From Betaproteobacteria bacterium (lineage in GTDB: Bacteria > Pseudomonadota > Gammaproteobacteria > Burkholderiales > SG8-39): 64,000 nucleotides of DNA. Below the pieces are notes generated by a model. It was not told the DNA's origin. It worked only from the letters and a program-made list of their open reading frames with translations, and did not search any database. The translations under genes and the position numbers were made by a program. Location of the stretch: positions 5,050-69,049 of the forward strand of contig CANKMT010000011.1 in the NCBI GenBank assembly GCA_947482825.1, in the 5' to 3' direction. Shown here one piece after another: positions 1-8,605 of this stretch; positions within the stretch are counted from its first letter, which is position 1; each line of letters opens with the position of its first letter.

Positions 1-598
1 ACGTGGCCGCCGAGCATCGATGGAATCGATTCCGCGCCGCTCAGATACGGGACGTGGGCGAAGCGCGTGCCCGCCTTGGTGTTCAGGGTAGCCACCGTCA
101 GGTGCCCCATCGAACCGTTGCCGGGCGAGCCGACGCGGATCTTGCCGGGGTTGGCGCGGATGAAGTCGAGCGCCTCCTTCATCGTCGTCCATGGTGTCTT
201 GGCGTGCACCGAAAACATGATAGGCAGATTGGCTGCCTTGATGATCGGCTCGTAGTCGTCGGGCGTGTTGTAGGGCAGATCCTGGCGATGCGGCTGCACC
301 GTGAGCGTCGCCACGGCGGAGAGCGCGATCGTGTACCCGTCCGGCTGCGCCTGGATTGCGTCCGCGGTTCCGATCGTGCCCTGCCCCCCAGCCGGTTGGT
401 CACGATCACCGGCTGCCCGAGGTGCGCTTTCATCGCATCCGCCAGCAGGCGCGCGATGATGTCGGCGCCGCCTCCGGGCGCGTACGGAACCACCATGGTC
501 ACCGGGCGGGACGGGTAGGGTTGGGCAACGGCCGGTGCGGCGACCCCGATAACGAGCGCGCACAGGGCGACTAGTTTGAGCAGGCTGCTGGTTCGCAT
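1..598 (-). pseudogene. Bug/TctC-family periplasmic binding protein; C-terminus lies beyond the window edge; apparent frameshift in C6 run 384-389
   Basis: ORF 179..598 gives a signal peptide plus [29 protein letters not shown]...GQPVIVTNR, then degenerates to Arg/Ser junk. Changing frame at the homopolymer restores family-typical [24 protein letters not shown]...PGNGSMGHL...HVPYLSGAESIPSMLGGH, open to nt 1. Confidence 0.7.
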
Positions 599-1791
599 AC
601 TGGAGTTTCCTTTTTGTCTTGCTTGCTGAAGCGATGGACGGCGGTCGTGTTCTTCCTGATGAACTCCCAGTCGTAGACGACGCCGAGGCCCGGCCCCGCC
701 GGCACCGGCACGTAGCCGCCCGGCTCGACGGCGCCCAGGCCGTCGGAGTAGCCGCAGGCGCAGACCGGGGGCGAAATAAAATTTCCGACTTTGGGCCCGA
801 CCAGGCCCAACTCGTAATAGTTGGTGTTGCGGATGGCCGACATGCAGGCGCGCTGGGCCGGGCCGCAGCCGTGCAGTTCCACATCGAGCCCGAACGCCTC
901 GGCGAGGTGTGCGATTTTCATCGCGCCGGTAATGCCGAGGTCGAACTCCGGGTCTGCCCTGACGAAGTCCGTGGCTTCGGCGACGATCCAGTCCGCCTTG
1001 GGTTCGAGGCCGCGCACGTGCTCGGTGATCAACAGCGGCGTCCTGATCATCTGTCGCAGCTTCCGGTGCACTGCCTGCGACGTGCCGCAGTCCCGCAACG
1101 GATCCTCGTACCAGAAGAACGCCATGTCGTCGCAGGCCCTGCCCACGCGCAGCGCATCAGCGAAGGTGCGCAAGTCACCGCCCGGGTCGACCATCAGATC
1201 CAGCTTCCCGCCGAATGCCCGGCCGAGCGCGCGCACCGTCGCGACGGTCTCCTTCGCATCGCCGTCGGACCAGCCGCGGAACTTGAATCCGCGAAAGCCG
1301 AGGGCGGCGCATTGCTCGGCAAACGCAAGCACGCGCTCCGGATCCGACAGCCCGCCGTTGCGATCGCCGTGCATCGCGCTCGCGTAGACCGGCAGCCGCG
1401 TTCGATAGCCGCCGAGCAGCGTCGACACCGGGGTGTTCAGGCGCTTGCCGAGCAGATCCCACAGGCAGATGTCGATCGGCCCCACGCCGACGTGGGCGAC
1501 CGCCTGCAGCGCGCGCTTGAAATCGTCGTAGATCAGTTCGCGATGATTGGCGTCGCGCCCGGGGAGATTGGGCGCGAGGCGCAGAACCTGCGCCAGGTTG
1601 ATCTTCTTTCCGGCCATCTGCGCCGCGTACTCGCCGCGCGCGCCGTCCTCCGTGTCGATGGCAATGATCCAGTTGGTCATTGCCGTGGTCGCACCCGGCG
1701 CGTACACGCGGGCAAACCCTTCCGCATCGACGCCCAGGTCTGCGACCGGATAGGAAAACTCGGTCACTTCGACGCGTACGATTTTGGGCAT
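571..1791 (-). CDS. Enolase-superfamily enzyme (mandelate racemase/muconate lactonizing enzyme family, likely acid-sugar dehydratase)
   Basis: 406-aa ORF with MR/MLE-like N-terminal capping domain and barrel motifs ([23 protein letters not shown]). Its start lies 2 nt after the upstream aldolase stop. Confidence 0.8.
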   Translation of the reverse strand: MPKIVRVEVTEFSYPVADLGVDAEGFARVYAPGATTAMTNWIIAIDTEDGARGEYAAQMAGKKINLAQVLRLAPNLPGRDANHRELIYDDFKRALQAVAHVGVGPIDICLWDLLGKRLNTPVSTLLGGYRTRLPVYASAMHGDRNGGLSDPERVLAFAEQCAALGFRGFKFRGWSDGDAKETVATVRALGRAFGGKLDLMVDPGGDLRTFADALRVGRACDDMAFFWYEDPLRDCGTSQAVHRKLRQMIRTPLLITEHVRGLEPKADWIVAEATDFVRADPEFDLGITGAMKIAHLAEAFGLDVELHGCGPAQRACMSAIRNTNYYELGLVGPKVGNFISPPVCACGYSDGLGAVEPGGYVPVPAGPGLGVVYDWEFIRKNTTAVHRFSKQDKKETPVCEPAACSN

Positions 1792-1792
1792 G

Positions 1793-2560
1793 TCAGGCGA
1801 GCCCCTCGCGCAGGGTTTTCACGCCGGCGCTCGCCGCGCTCGCGAGCAGCCTCGCGTCATTGGAAACCGTGATGAACCGGTACCCCATCTGCGCCATTTT
1901 CACCGCGTACGCGCCGCTGCCGGTATGGATGCCGGGGGTCTTGCCGTGACGCTGCGCCGCGGCCACCACTTTTTCGAATGCGTCGATCAGGCGCGGGTCG
2001 GTCGGCTCGAACGACGGTTTCATGCCGAATGCGAGCGCCAGGTCCGCGGGGCCGACATAGACCGCGTCCAGCCCGGGCGTGGACATGATCGCGTCCAGGT
2101 TCTGCATCGCCTCGGTGGTCTCGATCATGCCGATGGTGAGAACCTCCGCGTCCGCGTGATCGGCGTAGTCGGCGCCTGCATAGAGCATGACCCGGTTCGG
2201 TCCGTAGCTGCGCTCGCCGGTCGGCGGGTAGCGGCAGTAGCTCACGAACTTCTCCGCGTCCTCGCGTGTGTTGATCAGGGGGCAGACCACGCCATAGGCG
2301 CCGGCGTCCAGACACTTCATCACGATCGACGGTTCCAGCCAGGGAATGCGCACCAGCGGAACGACACTGGTGGTGGAGATGGCCTCAAAGCACTGGAATG
2401 CGGTCTGAAAATCCTGCATGCCATGCTGTATATCGACAATCAGCGAGTCATAGCCTTGGTGCGCCATCACCTCGGCCGAAAAACTGCTGGGGATCGACAG
2501 CCAGCCGTTGACGACGACCTTACCGTTCTGTCAAATGGACTTGAGCAGGTTCTTTCTCAT
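1793..2560 (-). pseudogene. HpcH/HpaI-family 2-keto-3-deoxy-acid aldolase, interrupted by an in-frame TGA at codon 10 (2531-2533)
   Basis: ATG 2560 with GGGAGA RBS 8 nt upstream reads MRKNLLKSI-TGA-QNGKVVVNGWLSIPSSFSAEVMAHQGYDSLIVDIQHG... in one frame. The called ORF 1793..2470 lacks the first 30 residues of the family fold. Confidence 0.65.
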
Positions 2561-2631
2561 CTGCTGGTCTCCCGTGTTCGCAAAGGTTAGTCCTGCGGCC
2601 TCGATTCGGACAGTTCATTTTCAGACTTCAA

Positions 2632-2650
2632 GTATTCCGGAATGGCATAC
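2632..2650. promoter_or_regulatory. Candidate LysR-type operator (GTAT-N11-ATAC, a T-N11-A motif) in the divergent aldolase/LysR intergenic region
   Basis: Dyad GTATtccggaatggcATAC read directly from the sequence, containing the ATTCCGGAAT palindrome, 37 nt upstream of the MKIRQL start. Confidence 0.3.
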
Positions 2651-2686
2651 GATCCGCTGGCGCCGCCAAGGCCTACCCACCCGACG

Positions 2687-3646
2687 ATGAAGATCCGCCA
2701 ACTACAAGCACTGCGCGCGCTCGTCCTCGCGGGAACGACGAGAGAGGCGGCCGAACTGCTGCACGTCACGCAGCCGGCGGTCAGCAAGCTGATTCACCAG
2801 GTCGAACAAGAGTTCAACGTCCGGATCTTCGACCGGCGGCACGGGCGGCTGGTGATGACTCCCGAGGGCAGGTCGATCTACACGGACGTCGAGGGCATCC
2901 TGTCCCAGATCGATGATCTTGTCGCGAAGACCGAGGACGTCAGTGCGCTCAGCGGCAACGCGATCCGCGTCGGCGCAATGCCGGCGCTCGGTTTCGGACT
3001 CCTCCCGTCCGCGTTAGGGCTGTTCGCCGCGGAGTATCCGCAAGTCAGATGCGTGGTCGAGGTCGAGACGAGAGGGCGAATCGAAGAACTCGTCGGCACG
3101 GAACACTACGAACTGGGCTTTGTCACGCTTCCCGTCCAGCACGAGCGTTTGATGCTGACCCCGCTTGCCTCGGTTGCCGCCGTGTGCAGCCTGCCACTTG
3201 AGCACGCACTCGCGCGCAAACCCTCGATTCGCGCGGAGGACCTGGCCGACGAGCCGTTTGTGTCCGTCGATCCGAGCATCCTGTTGCGGCATCGGGTGGA
3301 CGCAGTGTTCGGCCAACGGCGCGTAAAACGCCGCCTGCAGGTGCAGGTCAGCACGACCGCTCTAGCCTGCAGCATGGTCGCCGCAAGCGCAGGCGTTTCC
3401 ATCGTTCATCCGCTGGTCGCCCTTGCGTTCAAGTCGCTGCTCGCGGTCCGCAAGTTCGAACCGGCGATCACATTCGACTATGCAATCCTGAGCCGGCCGG
3501 GCACCCCTTCCCGCGTGACCGCTGCGTTCCAAGGGGCAGCAGTGGCGGAGATGGCCAAACTGACCCGGTCGCTGGATCGCGGCCTCCGCAAAAGCAGGAA
3601 AAGCGATAAGCGAATCAATCCGCCCTCTCTTCGCGCACCGGGGTGA
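2687..3646 (+). CDS. LysR-family transcriptional regulator
   Basis: MKIRQLQALRALVLAGTTREAAELLHVTQPAVSKLIHQVEQEF is a LysR wHTH, followed by a substrate-binding domain. Divergent from the catabolic operon. The ORF opens at 2642, but the family-typical start is ATG 2687. Confidence 0.9.
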   Translation: MKIRQLQALRALVLAGTTREAAELLHVTQPAVSKLIHQVEQEFNVRIFDRRHGRLVMTPEGRSIYTDVEGILSQIDDLVAKTEDVSALSGNAIRVGAMPALGFGLLPSALGLFAAEYPQVRCVVEVETRGRIEELVGTEHYELGFVTLPVQHERLMLTPLASVAAVCSLPLEHALARKPSIRAEDLADEPFVSVDPSILLRHRVDAVFGQRRVKRRLQVQVSTTALACSMVAASAGVSIVHPLVALAFKSLLAVRKFEPAITFDYAILSRPGTPSRVTAAFQGAAVAEMAKLTRSLDRGLRKSRKSDKRINPPSLRAPG

Positions 3647-3922
3647 TGACATCGGTTGTGGCGCGTGTCTCATGTCCGCCCACGACATGCCGGAGCATGT
3701 TGGGCCTGCGACCAGCCAATTGCAACTTTCGTCAGGTCGAAATTGAGAGAATCTTGGGCCGCACGCATGATTCGCGCGGCGCGAGGCACAGGCGCGGTCG
3801 CGCCCGTAACCGCTTCGGCGGTGTCCACCCACCACGAACAATGTACCGGCATCAGAACAAAATTGCCACACGAGCCAATATCCATGCGGTCTCGGAAAAT
3901 AACTTCATGCAATTCCAACCGA

Positions 3923-4172
3923 CGCAAGGCCGGATTGGCGAGGTGGGGTCACGTTACAAGTGATACCAGTGCAGCACCCTGTGCTCGATCGCGAGGAACC
4001 CGCGGTTCAGTACGTAGCCCAAGGCTGCCAGAACGAAGATCGCCGCATACATGTCGTTCGAGCGCATCGCGTATTGCATGGTCATGATGAAGTAGGCGAT
4101 GCCCGACGATCCGGCGATCATCTCGGCGACCACGGTGACGATCAGGGAAAGCGCCAGGCTCACACGCATGCC
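3923..4172. repeat. Diverged 250-bp copy (roughly 88-90% identity by eye) of the permease 3' end plus 31-bp downstream flank; partner at 5165..5414
   Basis: Aligned by eye to 5165..5414 with no gaps and scattered substitutions. Similarity stops at ...gcatgcc in both copies. Confidence 0.85.
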
Positions 4173-4181
4173 GCCGACCAT
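3954..4181 (-). pseudogene. 3' remnant of an ABC transporter permease gene (last ~72 codons only)
   Basis: MRVSLALSLIVTVVAEMIAGSSGIAYFIMTMQYAMRSNDMYAAIFVLAALGYVLNRGFLAIEHRVLHWYHL parallels the C-terminus of the intact permease 5196..5966. There is no N-terminal part. Confidence 0.85.
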
Positions 4182-4263
4182 GCCGGAACCGAATTCACGT
4201 AGGGTCGGCCGGCGCGCGCAGCCTGCAAGATGCCGCAGATCTTGCGCAAGATTTACGGATTAT

Positions 4264-4755
4264 TCAGCGCAACGTCGCCTTCAGAGTCGCCACCGTTGTC
4301 ATCAAGGTCATCGGGTCGAGCGGTGAGGAGTCAAGACCGAGCTTGAGGTAGAAGGCCTTCGCTTCGTCGGAGATCGCGTGCACGAGCAAACCGCGGATGC
4401 CGATGGCGTCGGCCGCGTGAACGACTCTGTTTGCGGCGTCCTGAAACAAGGCGCGCCCCAGCCCACGGCCTTGATGCCCTGTCGCTACAGCCAGCCGCGC
4501 GAGCACGACCACCGGGATCGGGTCGGGCATGTTGCGGCGAAAACGCCCGGGTGCCGCGTCGGGCGACACTGCACTGGCCGCCAACGCGTAATACCCGACG
4601 GTTTCGCCATCATCGCAGAGGACGAATGTTCGCGAAGCGCCGCTGGCCTGGTTGCGCAACGCACGCCGCCGCAGCCAGTCATCGAGCGACGATACGCCGC
4701 TGTCGAAGCGGCCCAGCGAATGTCCGGCGTCCAGCGGTTCCGGGGCCTGCAGCAT
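4264..4755 (-). CDS. GNAT-family acetyltransferase toxin (TacT/AtaT/KacT-like type II toxin)
   Basis: 163 aa with GNAT core (VLARLAVATGHQGRGLGRALF) and the N-terminal FDSGVSSLDDWL motif typical of DUF1778-partnered GNAT toxins. Located 10 nt downstream of the antitoxin gene. Confidence 0.85.
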   Translation of the reverse strand: MLQAPEPLDAGHSLGRFDSGVSSLDDWLRRRALRNQASGASRTFVLCDDGETVGYYALAASAVSPDAAPGRFRRNMPDPIPVVVLARLAVATGHQGRGLGRALFQDAANRVVHAADAIGIRGLLVHAISDEAKAFYLKLGLDSSPLDPMTLMTTVATLKATLR

Positions 4756-4765
4756 CGGTTTGCGA

Positions 4766-5065
4766 TCAGGCTTTCGACCACGGGGGCGCCGTCCGCATCG
4801 TGCGTCGCAGGCGCTCGTTGGGCTGCGGCCGTGCGTCGAGCATGGTCAGAAACTTCGCGTAGACGGCCGGCTTGACGACAAACAGGGTGCGCTCGAGCAG
4901 TTCTTCCTCGGCGGCGCGGCGCGCGGCCCCGAGAATGAAGTCCGTGCGCGTCTTGCCGCTCGATTTCGCGGCGCGATCGATCAGGCCGCGCTCGGCGGCG
5001 GGGATGCGCAGGTTCAGCGTTTCGCGCGGGATTCGCTTGGCGGGTGTCGCAGCAGCGGCTTTCAT
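4766..5065 (-). CDS. DUF1778/TacA-like RHH antitoxin
   Basis: 99 aa; LNLRIPAAERGLIDRAAKSSGKTRTDFILGAARRAAEEEL matches the DUF1778 ribbon-helix-helix pattern. Sits upstream of the GNAT toxin. Confidence 0.85.
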   Translation of the reverse strand: MKAAAATPAKRIPRETLNLRIPAAERGLIDRAAKSSGKTRTDFILGAARRAAEEELLERTLFVVKPAVYAKFLTMLDARPQPNERLRRTMRTAPPWSKA

Positions 5066-5103
5066 GACCTTCTCCGGGAGAACGGGTCGGTATTCTATAG
5101 TTG

Positions 5104-5124
5104 CGTAATGCCAATGTCATTACG
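5104..5124. promoter_or_regulatory. Candidate TA operator: inverted repeat CGTAATG-N7-CATTACG upstream of the antitoxin
   Basis: Perfect 7-bp arms read in the sequence, 39-59 nt upstream of the antitoxin ATG (5065), next to an AT-rich TATAGAAT -10-like element on the minus strand. Confidence 0.35.
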
Positions 5125-5164
5125 ACAAGAAGAAGGCCGCGCCCGGGCGATACAATCCGCCCCC

Positions 5165-5414
5165 CGCAAGGCCGGGCCGGCGAATTGGCGCCGCCTTACA
5201 AGTGGTACCAGTGCAACACCCGCTGCTCGATCGCGAGGAACCCGCGGTTCAACGCGTAGCCCAGCGCGGCGAGTACAAAGATTGCGGCATACATGTCGCT
5301 CGAGCGCATCGCGTACTGCATGGTCATGATGTAGTAGCCGATGCCCGACGATCCGGCGATCATCTCGGCGACCACGGTGACGATCAGAGAAAGCGCCAGG
5401 CTCACGCGCATGCC
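5165..5414. repeat. Partner copy of repeat 3923..4172 (3' end of the intact permease gene plus downstream flank)
   Basis: See 3923..4172. Confidence 0.85.
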
Positions 5415-5966
5415 CGCAAGGATGTAGGGCATGCTCGCGGGCAGCACCACGCGCAGGGCCGTGCGCAGCCTGCCCACGCGCAGGGTGCGGGCAACGTCGA
5501 TGGCCACGTGGTCCACCGCGCGCACGCCGGAGATCGTGTTGACGAGCACCGGGAAGAAGGCCGAGAACGCGACGATGAAGATCTTCATTGCGTCGTCCAC
5601 CCCGAGCAGCAGGATCAGGGGCGGGACGATTGCCGGGGCCGGAATCGGCCGCAGCAGCTCCACCATCGGCTCCAGTGCGGCGTGCACCACGCGCACGCTG
5701 GCCATGAGCAACCCGACAACGAGCGCGGCGACAACGCCGAGCGCGTAGCCCGAAAGCATGCGATAGAGGCTCGAGCCGAACACCTCGAAAAGTTCGCCCG
5801 AAGCGAATCCGGCAACAAGCGCCTGCGCGATCTGCGTGACCGGCGGCCAGTTCGGGCTCGACACCCAGTTGTACGCCGAGTATTGCCAGAGCGCGAGAAG
5901 CAACCCGACCAGCAGGACGCCGCTCGCCCGCGAGTCGCTGAGACGCTTTAGTACGTCAGCCGCCAT
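5196..5966 (-). CDS. ABC transporter permease (NitT/TauT nitrate/sulfonate/taurine-type)
   Basis: Six-TM BPD-type permease with the EAA-like region. Chosen start is ATG 5966 (MAADVLKRLS...), overlapping the amidohydrolase stop by 11 nt. The longer ORF to 6080 is Arg-rich and looks non-coding. Confidence 0.85.
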   Translation of the reverse strand: MAADVLKRLSDSRASGVLLVGLLLALWQYSAYNWVSSPNWPPVTQIAQALVAGFASGELFEVFGSSLYRMLSGYALGVVAALVVGLLMASVRVVHAALEPMVELLRPIPAPAIVPPLILLLGVDDAMKIFIVAFSAFFPVLVNTISGVRAVDHVAIDVARTLRVGRLRTALRVVLPASMPYILAGMRVSLALSLIVTVVAEMIAGSSGIGYYIMTMQYAMRSSDMYAAIFVLAALGYALNRGFLAIEQRVLHWYHL

Positions 5967-7581
5967 GCACCAGTTCTCCGTTAACCGCAGTGGCCAGGAC
6001 GCTCGCCTCACGCAACGCCTCCGGGTCGCACGCCACCGGATCGACCGAGAGCGCCGTCCAGTCGCCAAGCAGACCCGCACGCAATACCCCGCGCTCTTGC
6101 TCGCTGAAGCTGACGTAGGCAGCGTCGCGCGTGTACATCGTGAGGGCTTCCTCGCCGCTCACCGCCTGCGCGCGCCCCAAGGGTTCGTCCGAGCCGGCAA
6201 TATGCCGCGTACGCGCCTGCCAGAGGCCTAAAAGAGGCGGGAAAGGCGTGATCGGCGAATCGGACCCGCCGCCGACCGTCACCCCGCCGTCGAGCCAGCC
6301 GCGCACCGGGGTCGCGTTCGCCATCAGCACGGCCCCAAAGCGCTTCATCAGCACCGGGCCGAACGAATACTGCATCGAGGGCTGGGTGGCGACCACGACC
6401 CCGAGCTTGGCGGCACGCGCGATGTTCTCCTTGCTCGGCCAGAGATAAGCATGGATCAGGCAGAAGCGCAGGTCCCGAATCGGGTGCTCGCAGTCGATCT
6501 CGGCGAACACTTCGAGCGCAATGTCGATCGCCCGGCCGCCGACGACATGCACGCCCATCGACCAGCCCCGCTGTGCGCATAGGCGTGCAATGCGCCGGAA
6601 CGATTCGGTCGGCGTGACCTGGATCCCGCAGTTGCATTTTTCGTCGGGAAACGGCTCGCGCATCAGCGCCGTGCCGAAGGTCGCCGCGCCGTCGAAAAAG
6701 ACCTTCACGCCGCCCAGCTTGAGGCGCGCATCGCCGAACCCGGTGCGGCCCGGGCTTGAAGCGATGCCAGCGAGCACTTCCTCGAGCGGGCGGCTCGAAT
6801 CGGCGAGCGGCATGACCACCGACCGCATGCTGAGTTCGCCCGCCGACCAAAGTGATTGGTAGACGCCGATGACCTCGGTGGTTAGGCCCGGGTCCATGAT
6901 GCCGGTGAGGCCGGCGGCGTGGTAGAGCTTCTGCACTTCGCGAAGCGATTGCCGCTGGTCGGCTTCGGAGGACGCCGGCACGTGGCGGCCGACGAGCTCG
7001 AATGCCGGCGGCTCGAGCAGGACACCGTTCGGCTCCCCGGCGGCGTCGTGCTCGATTCTTCCGCCTTCGGGTTCCGGCGTGTCGCGGGTGATTCCGGCAC
7101 GCGCGAGCGCCAGGCTGTTCACCGCGGCCGAGTGGCCGCCGCGAGGCAGGTACACCGGCCGGTCCGCGCACGCGCTATCGAGCTCCTCGCGCGTCGGGTG
7201 GCGGCCTTCCGCCAGATTGGCCACGTGCCATCCCGCCCCACACACTATCCATTCCGCCTTGGGGTTACGCGCGGCATATGCGCGAACCTCTACAACTATT
7301 TCGGCGATGCTCTTGCACCGGGTGAGGTCGACAAGGCGCTGCGCCATCCCGGTCCAGAACATGTGGTTATGCGTGTCGATGAGGCCGGGCACGACCGCGC
7401 CGCGATCGAACCCGATCTCGCGCGCGGCGGGGCCTGCGGCCGAGCGCGCCTCGGCAAGGCTGCCGACCGCCACGATGCGCCCGGCGCGGATCGCCATCGC
7501 CTCGGCGCGCGGGCGTTGCGGGTCCATCGTGACGATGTCCCCGCGCACCACCTGGTCCCCGCCGGAAACCTCTACCGTCAC
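5956..7581 (-). CDS. Metal-dependent amidohydrolase (Amidohydro_3/YtcJ-like)
   Basis: IVTMDPQRPRAEAMAIRAGRIVAVG...PGLIDTHNHMFWTG N-terminus and C-terminal GGSDSP motif. GTG 7581 overlaps the upstream stop (GTGA). The long ORF extension to 7776 is implausible. Confidence 0.8.
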   Translation of the reverse strand: MTVEVSGGDQVVRGDIVTMDPQRPRAEAMAIRAGRIVAVGSLAEARSAAGPAAREIGFDRGAVVPGLIDTHNHMFWTGMAQRLVDLTRCKSIAEIVVEVRAYAARNPKAEWIVCGAGWHVANLAEGRHPTREELDSACADRPVYLPRGGHSAAVNSLALARAGITRDTPEPEGGRIEHDAAGEPNGVLLEPPAFELVGRHVPASSEADQRQSLREVQKLYHAAGLTGIMDPGLTTEVIGVYQSLWSAGELSMRSVVMPLADSSRPLEEVLAGIASSPGRTGFGDARLKLGGVKVFFDGAATFGTALMREPFPDEKCNCGIQVTPTESFRRIARLCAQRGWSMGVHVVGGRAIDIALEVFAEIDCEHPIRDLRFCLIHAYLWPSKENIARAAKLGVVVATQPSMQYSFGPVLMKRFGAVLMANATPVRGWLDGGVTVGGGSDSPITPFPPLLGLWQARTRHIAGSDEPLGRAQAVSGEEALTMYTRDAAYVSFSEQERGVLRAGLLGDWTALSVDPVACDPEALREASVLATAVNGELVHGG

Positions 7582-8555
7582 TTCGGGACCTGCGTCGCCG
7601 TCGTGTAGAACATCGCCTTCGCATCGAACGGGCCTTCGATCATCTTGTGCTTGCGCATCAGCTCGACCACCTTGTCGACGCCGGCCGGATCGACGGTCTT
7701 CTCGAACAGGGGCAGGTTGAGATCCTTCAACAGCTCGGGCTTCATCCGCGTGTAGCCCGAGATGATCTTGAGCCACTCCTCCGAGCCCTTGTTCTGGTTG
7801 ATCCAGTCCACGCCCTTGTTGTAGCCGCGCACGAAGCGCTCGGCGACGCCGGGGTTTGCCTTCATGTAGCTGCTCGTCATCGCGTACATGCCCACCGGGA
7901 CGCGCTTGTGCACGACGTTGTACGGCCAGCCGACCACTTGCGCGGCGCCGGAACTCACGCCCCCTGAGAGAAAAGGCTCGACCACGAAGGCCGCATCGAC
8001 GCGGTCGCCGCGCAGAGCGTCGGTCATTTGCGGGAATGGCACCTCCAGGTAGGTGACCTTGTCGGGGTCGCCGCCGGTGGCCTGTATCCAGGCGCGCGCG
8101 TAGAGCCAGATGATGTTGTTGCGGGTGTTCACCGCGACGCGCTTGCCCTCGAAGTCCTTGCCGGTCTTGAAGGTGCTGCCGGGCTTGGCCACCATGGCCG
8201 CGAGGTCGGGCGTGGTGTCGCCGGTGCCGCTGCCGGCGGCGATGACTTCGAAGCCCAGGCCCTGCTTCGCGCCGAGAACGATCGAGATGATGTTGCTGAA
8301 GGTGATCTGCACCGCCCCGGCCGCCAGCGCGGGCAGGCCGGCGGCGCCGCCGGCGGTCGGAGTCGTGTCGACCTCCAGGCCCTGCTCGGCGAAAAATCCT
8401 TTGGCAATCGCCGCCTGCATCGGCGCGGTGTCGATGATCGGGATGGTGCTGACGCGCAGCTTTAGGGTCTGGGCGTGCGCCGCGGGCACGGCAAGCACGA
8501 GCGTCGCAGCCCCGAGAACGGCGAAGCGAAGGACCTTGCGGATCGAGAACATCAT
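7578..8555 (-). CDS. ABC transporter substrate-binding protein (NMT1/THI5-like, NitT/TauT family)
   Basis: Signal peptide MMFSIRKVLRFAVLGAATLVLAVPAAHA, then an SsuA/TauA-like fold. The preceding 269 codons of ORF 7578..9362 are an Arg/Pro-rich out-of-frame read of the permease gene. Confidence 0.85.
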   Translation of the reverse strand: MMFSIRKVLRFAVLGAATLVLAVPAAHAQTLKLRVSTIPIIDTAPMQAAIAKGFFAEQGLEVDTTPTAGGAAGLPALAAGAVQITFSNIISIVLGAKQGLGFEVIAAGSGTGDTTPDLAAMVAKPGSTFKTGKDFEGKRVAVNTRNNIIWLYARAWIQATGGDPDKVTYLEVPFPQMTDALRGDRVDAAFVVEPFLSGGVSSGAAQVVGWPYNVVHKRVPVGMYAMTSSYMKANPGVAERFVRGYNKGVDWINQNKGSEEWLKIISGYTRMKPELLKDLNLPLFEKTVDPAGVDKVVELMRKHKMIEGPFDAKAMFYTTATQVPK

Positions 8556-8605
8556 GGTGGATCTCTCCAGTCGGTTGAGATGCGGGTTGAAATGCGGGTT
8601 GATTT

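Noticed and set aside
2531-2533. Possibility that the TGA in the aldolase encodes selenocysteine
   Set aside because: It aligns with a structurally conserved Trp, not a redox Cys. There is no U/C-x-x-C context. TGG->TGA is a single transition. Treated as a nonsense mutation or sequencing error.
3670-3927. 85-aa minus-strand ORF in the lysR/permease-stub spacer
   Set aside because: TTG start, no RBS, atypical composition, no recognisable family. Left unannotated, although it overlaps the shared bipartite motif reported above.
4225-4252. GCAAGAT-N7-ATCTTGC-GCAAGAT palindromes downstream of the GNAT toxin gene as a terminator
   Set aside because: Short stems with no following T-tract on the transcribed strand. 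Support is insufficient.
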